A DNA stretch of 63,854 nt, the filler included, from Folioceros fuciformis (lineage: Eukaryota), in NCBI GenBank assembly GCA_049999805.1. It is 6 parts of 6 records of this genome, joined end to end, with 100 filler letters (N's around TTAATTAATTAA, not from the genome) between each part and the next. Parts side by side here need not be neighbours in the genome. Positions count along the whole stretch, not along the records: positions 57,706 to 63,854 come from JBNGIO010002910.1; 5 more parts are not named here. One strand, given 5' to 3'. A model generated the notes under the pieces. It did no database searches, had not been told where the DNA came from, and worked only from the letters and a program-made list of their open reading frames with translations. Position numbers and translations under genes: made by a program. Below, one piece after another: positions 63,226-63,854 of this stretch; the first letter of the stretch is position 1, and every line of letters begins with the position of its first letter.

Positions 63226-63854
63226 TGTGGAGGCAAAACCCCGGGCACTGATTGCCGACGGATTCCACCTTTAGTGGCCACACTTATCCCACTGTCGTTG
63301 AGACATTGGGTTTCGTTCCCACGAAGGAACGATGGGGTTCCTTGCTGCTGTGGAGGGAGGGTCGGACTTGATCAACTCGATGATGGATTCGAGGGCTCCC
63401 CTCCAGCTCCGATCAGACGTAGGACAGGCCTCGCTGTTCGGCGGTCAGCTGCACCTCTCTCGGTGCCCACAAACTCACTCCAGTCACTACAACGACTCTA
63501 ACCTCTTAGATCTGCGACTTCCTTCACTCACTCTCTCGCTCCAGCACCAACACCAACAACTACCAGCAACCAGCAACGACACCACTACCTTGTACACTTC
63601 CCTACGGACTCCTCCTACCCGGCAAGAGTCACTAGACTAACCCCAAACAAAAGGAAGAGGGGAACACACTCCCCTCTTGGGTATCTCCTCCCCACAACCT
63701 TACCAGACGCCATGAGACATGGCCGGCCTACAGCACTTGACCAAGCAAGGAACAAGACTGGACAGGTTGAGAGAAAGACACACTCTTTACAATCAAGAGC
63801 TAGGGGCAAGCCCCTACACCCTGGTCATTACACCTTGTGATCCTACCAGACACT
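63226..63854 (+). repeat. Terminal repeat family A, copy 4
   Basis: TGTGGAGGCAAAACCCC inserted in copia RT just before KTLYGLKQ; runs off the window. Confidence 0.9.

Overview
Eukaryotic nuclear DNA, most consistent with a seed-free land plant (compact genes, ~75-140 bp GT-AG introns, long PLS-DYW editing factor; the lineage is an inference). The window is six contigs joined by artificial 100-bp spacers (N44-TTAATTAATTAA-N44), so adjacency across gaps is unproven. There are two gene islands. The first (9.5-18 kb) holds an intronless plastid omega-3 desaturase, a 7-exon ABC1K3-like kinase and a PLS-DYW PPR gene. The second (51.6-57.3 kb) holds an intronless phytepsin and a 6-exon gene that appears to fuse an ASC-1/TRIP4 C2HC5 zinc-finger protein in frame to an AlkB (ALKBH1-type) dioxygenase, the most notable finding. 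The rest is nested, decayed Ty1/copia, Ty3/gypsy, L1-type LINE and hAT elements plus an RRM pseudogene. Notable TE features: a gypsy integrase ending in a PHD finger, copia elements with extra ORFs before gag or antisense behind RNase H, and a ~630-bp terminal repeat inserted four times into other retroelements.
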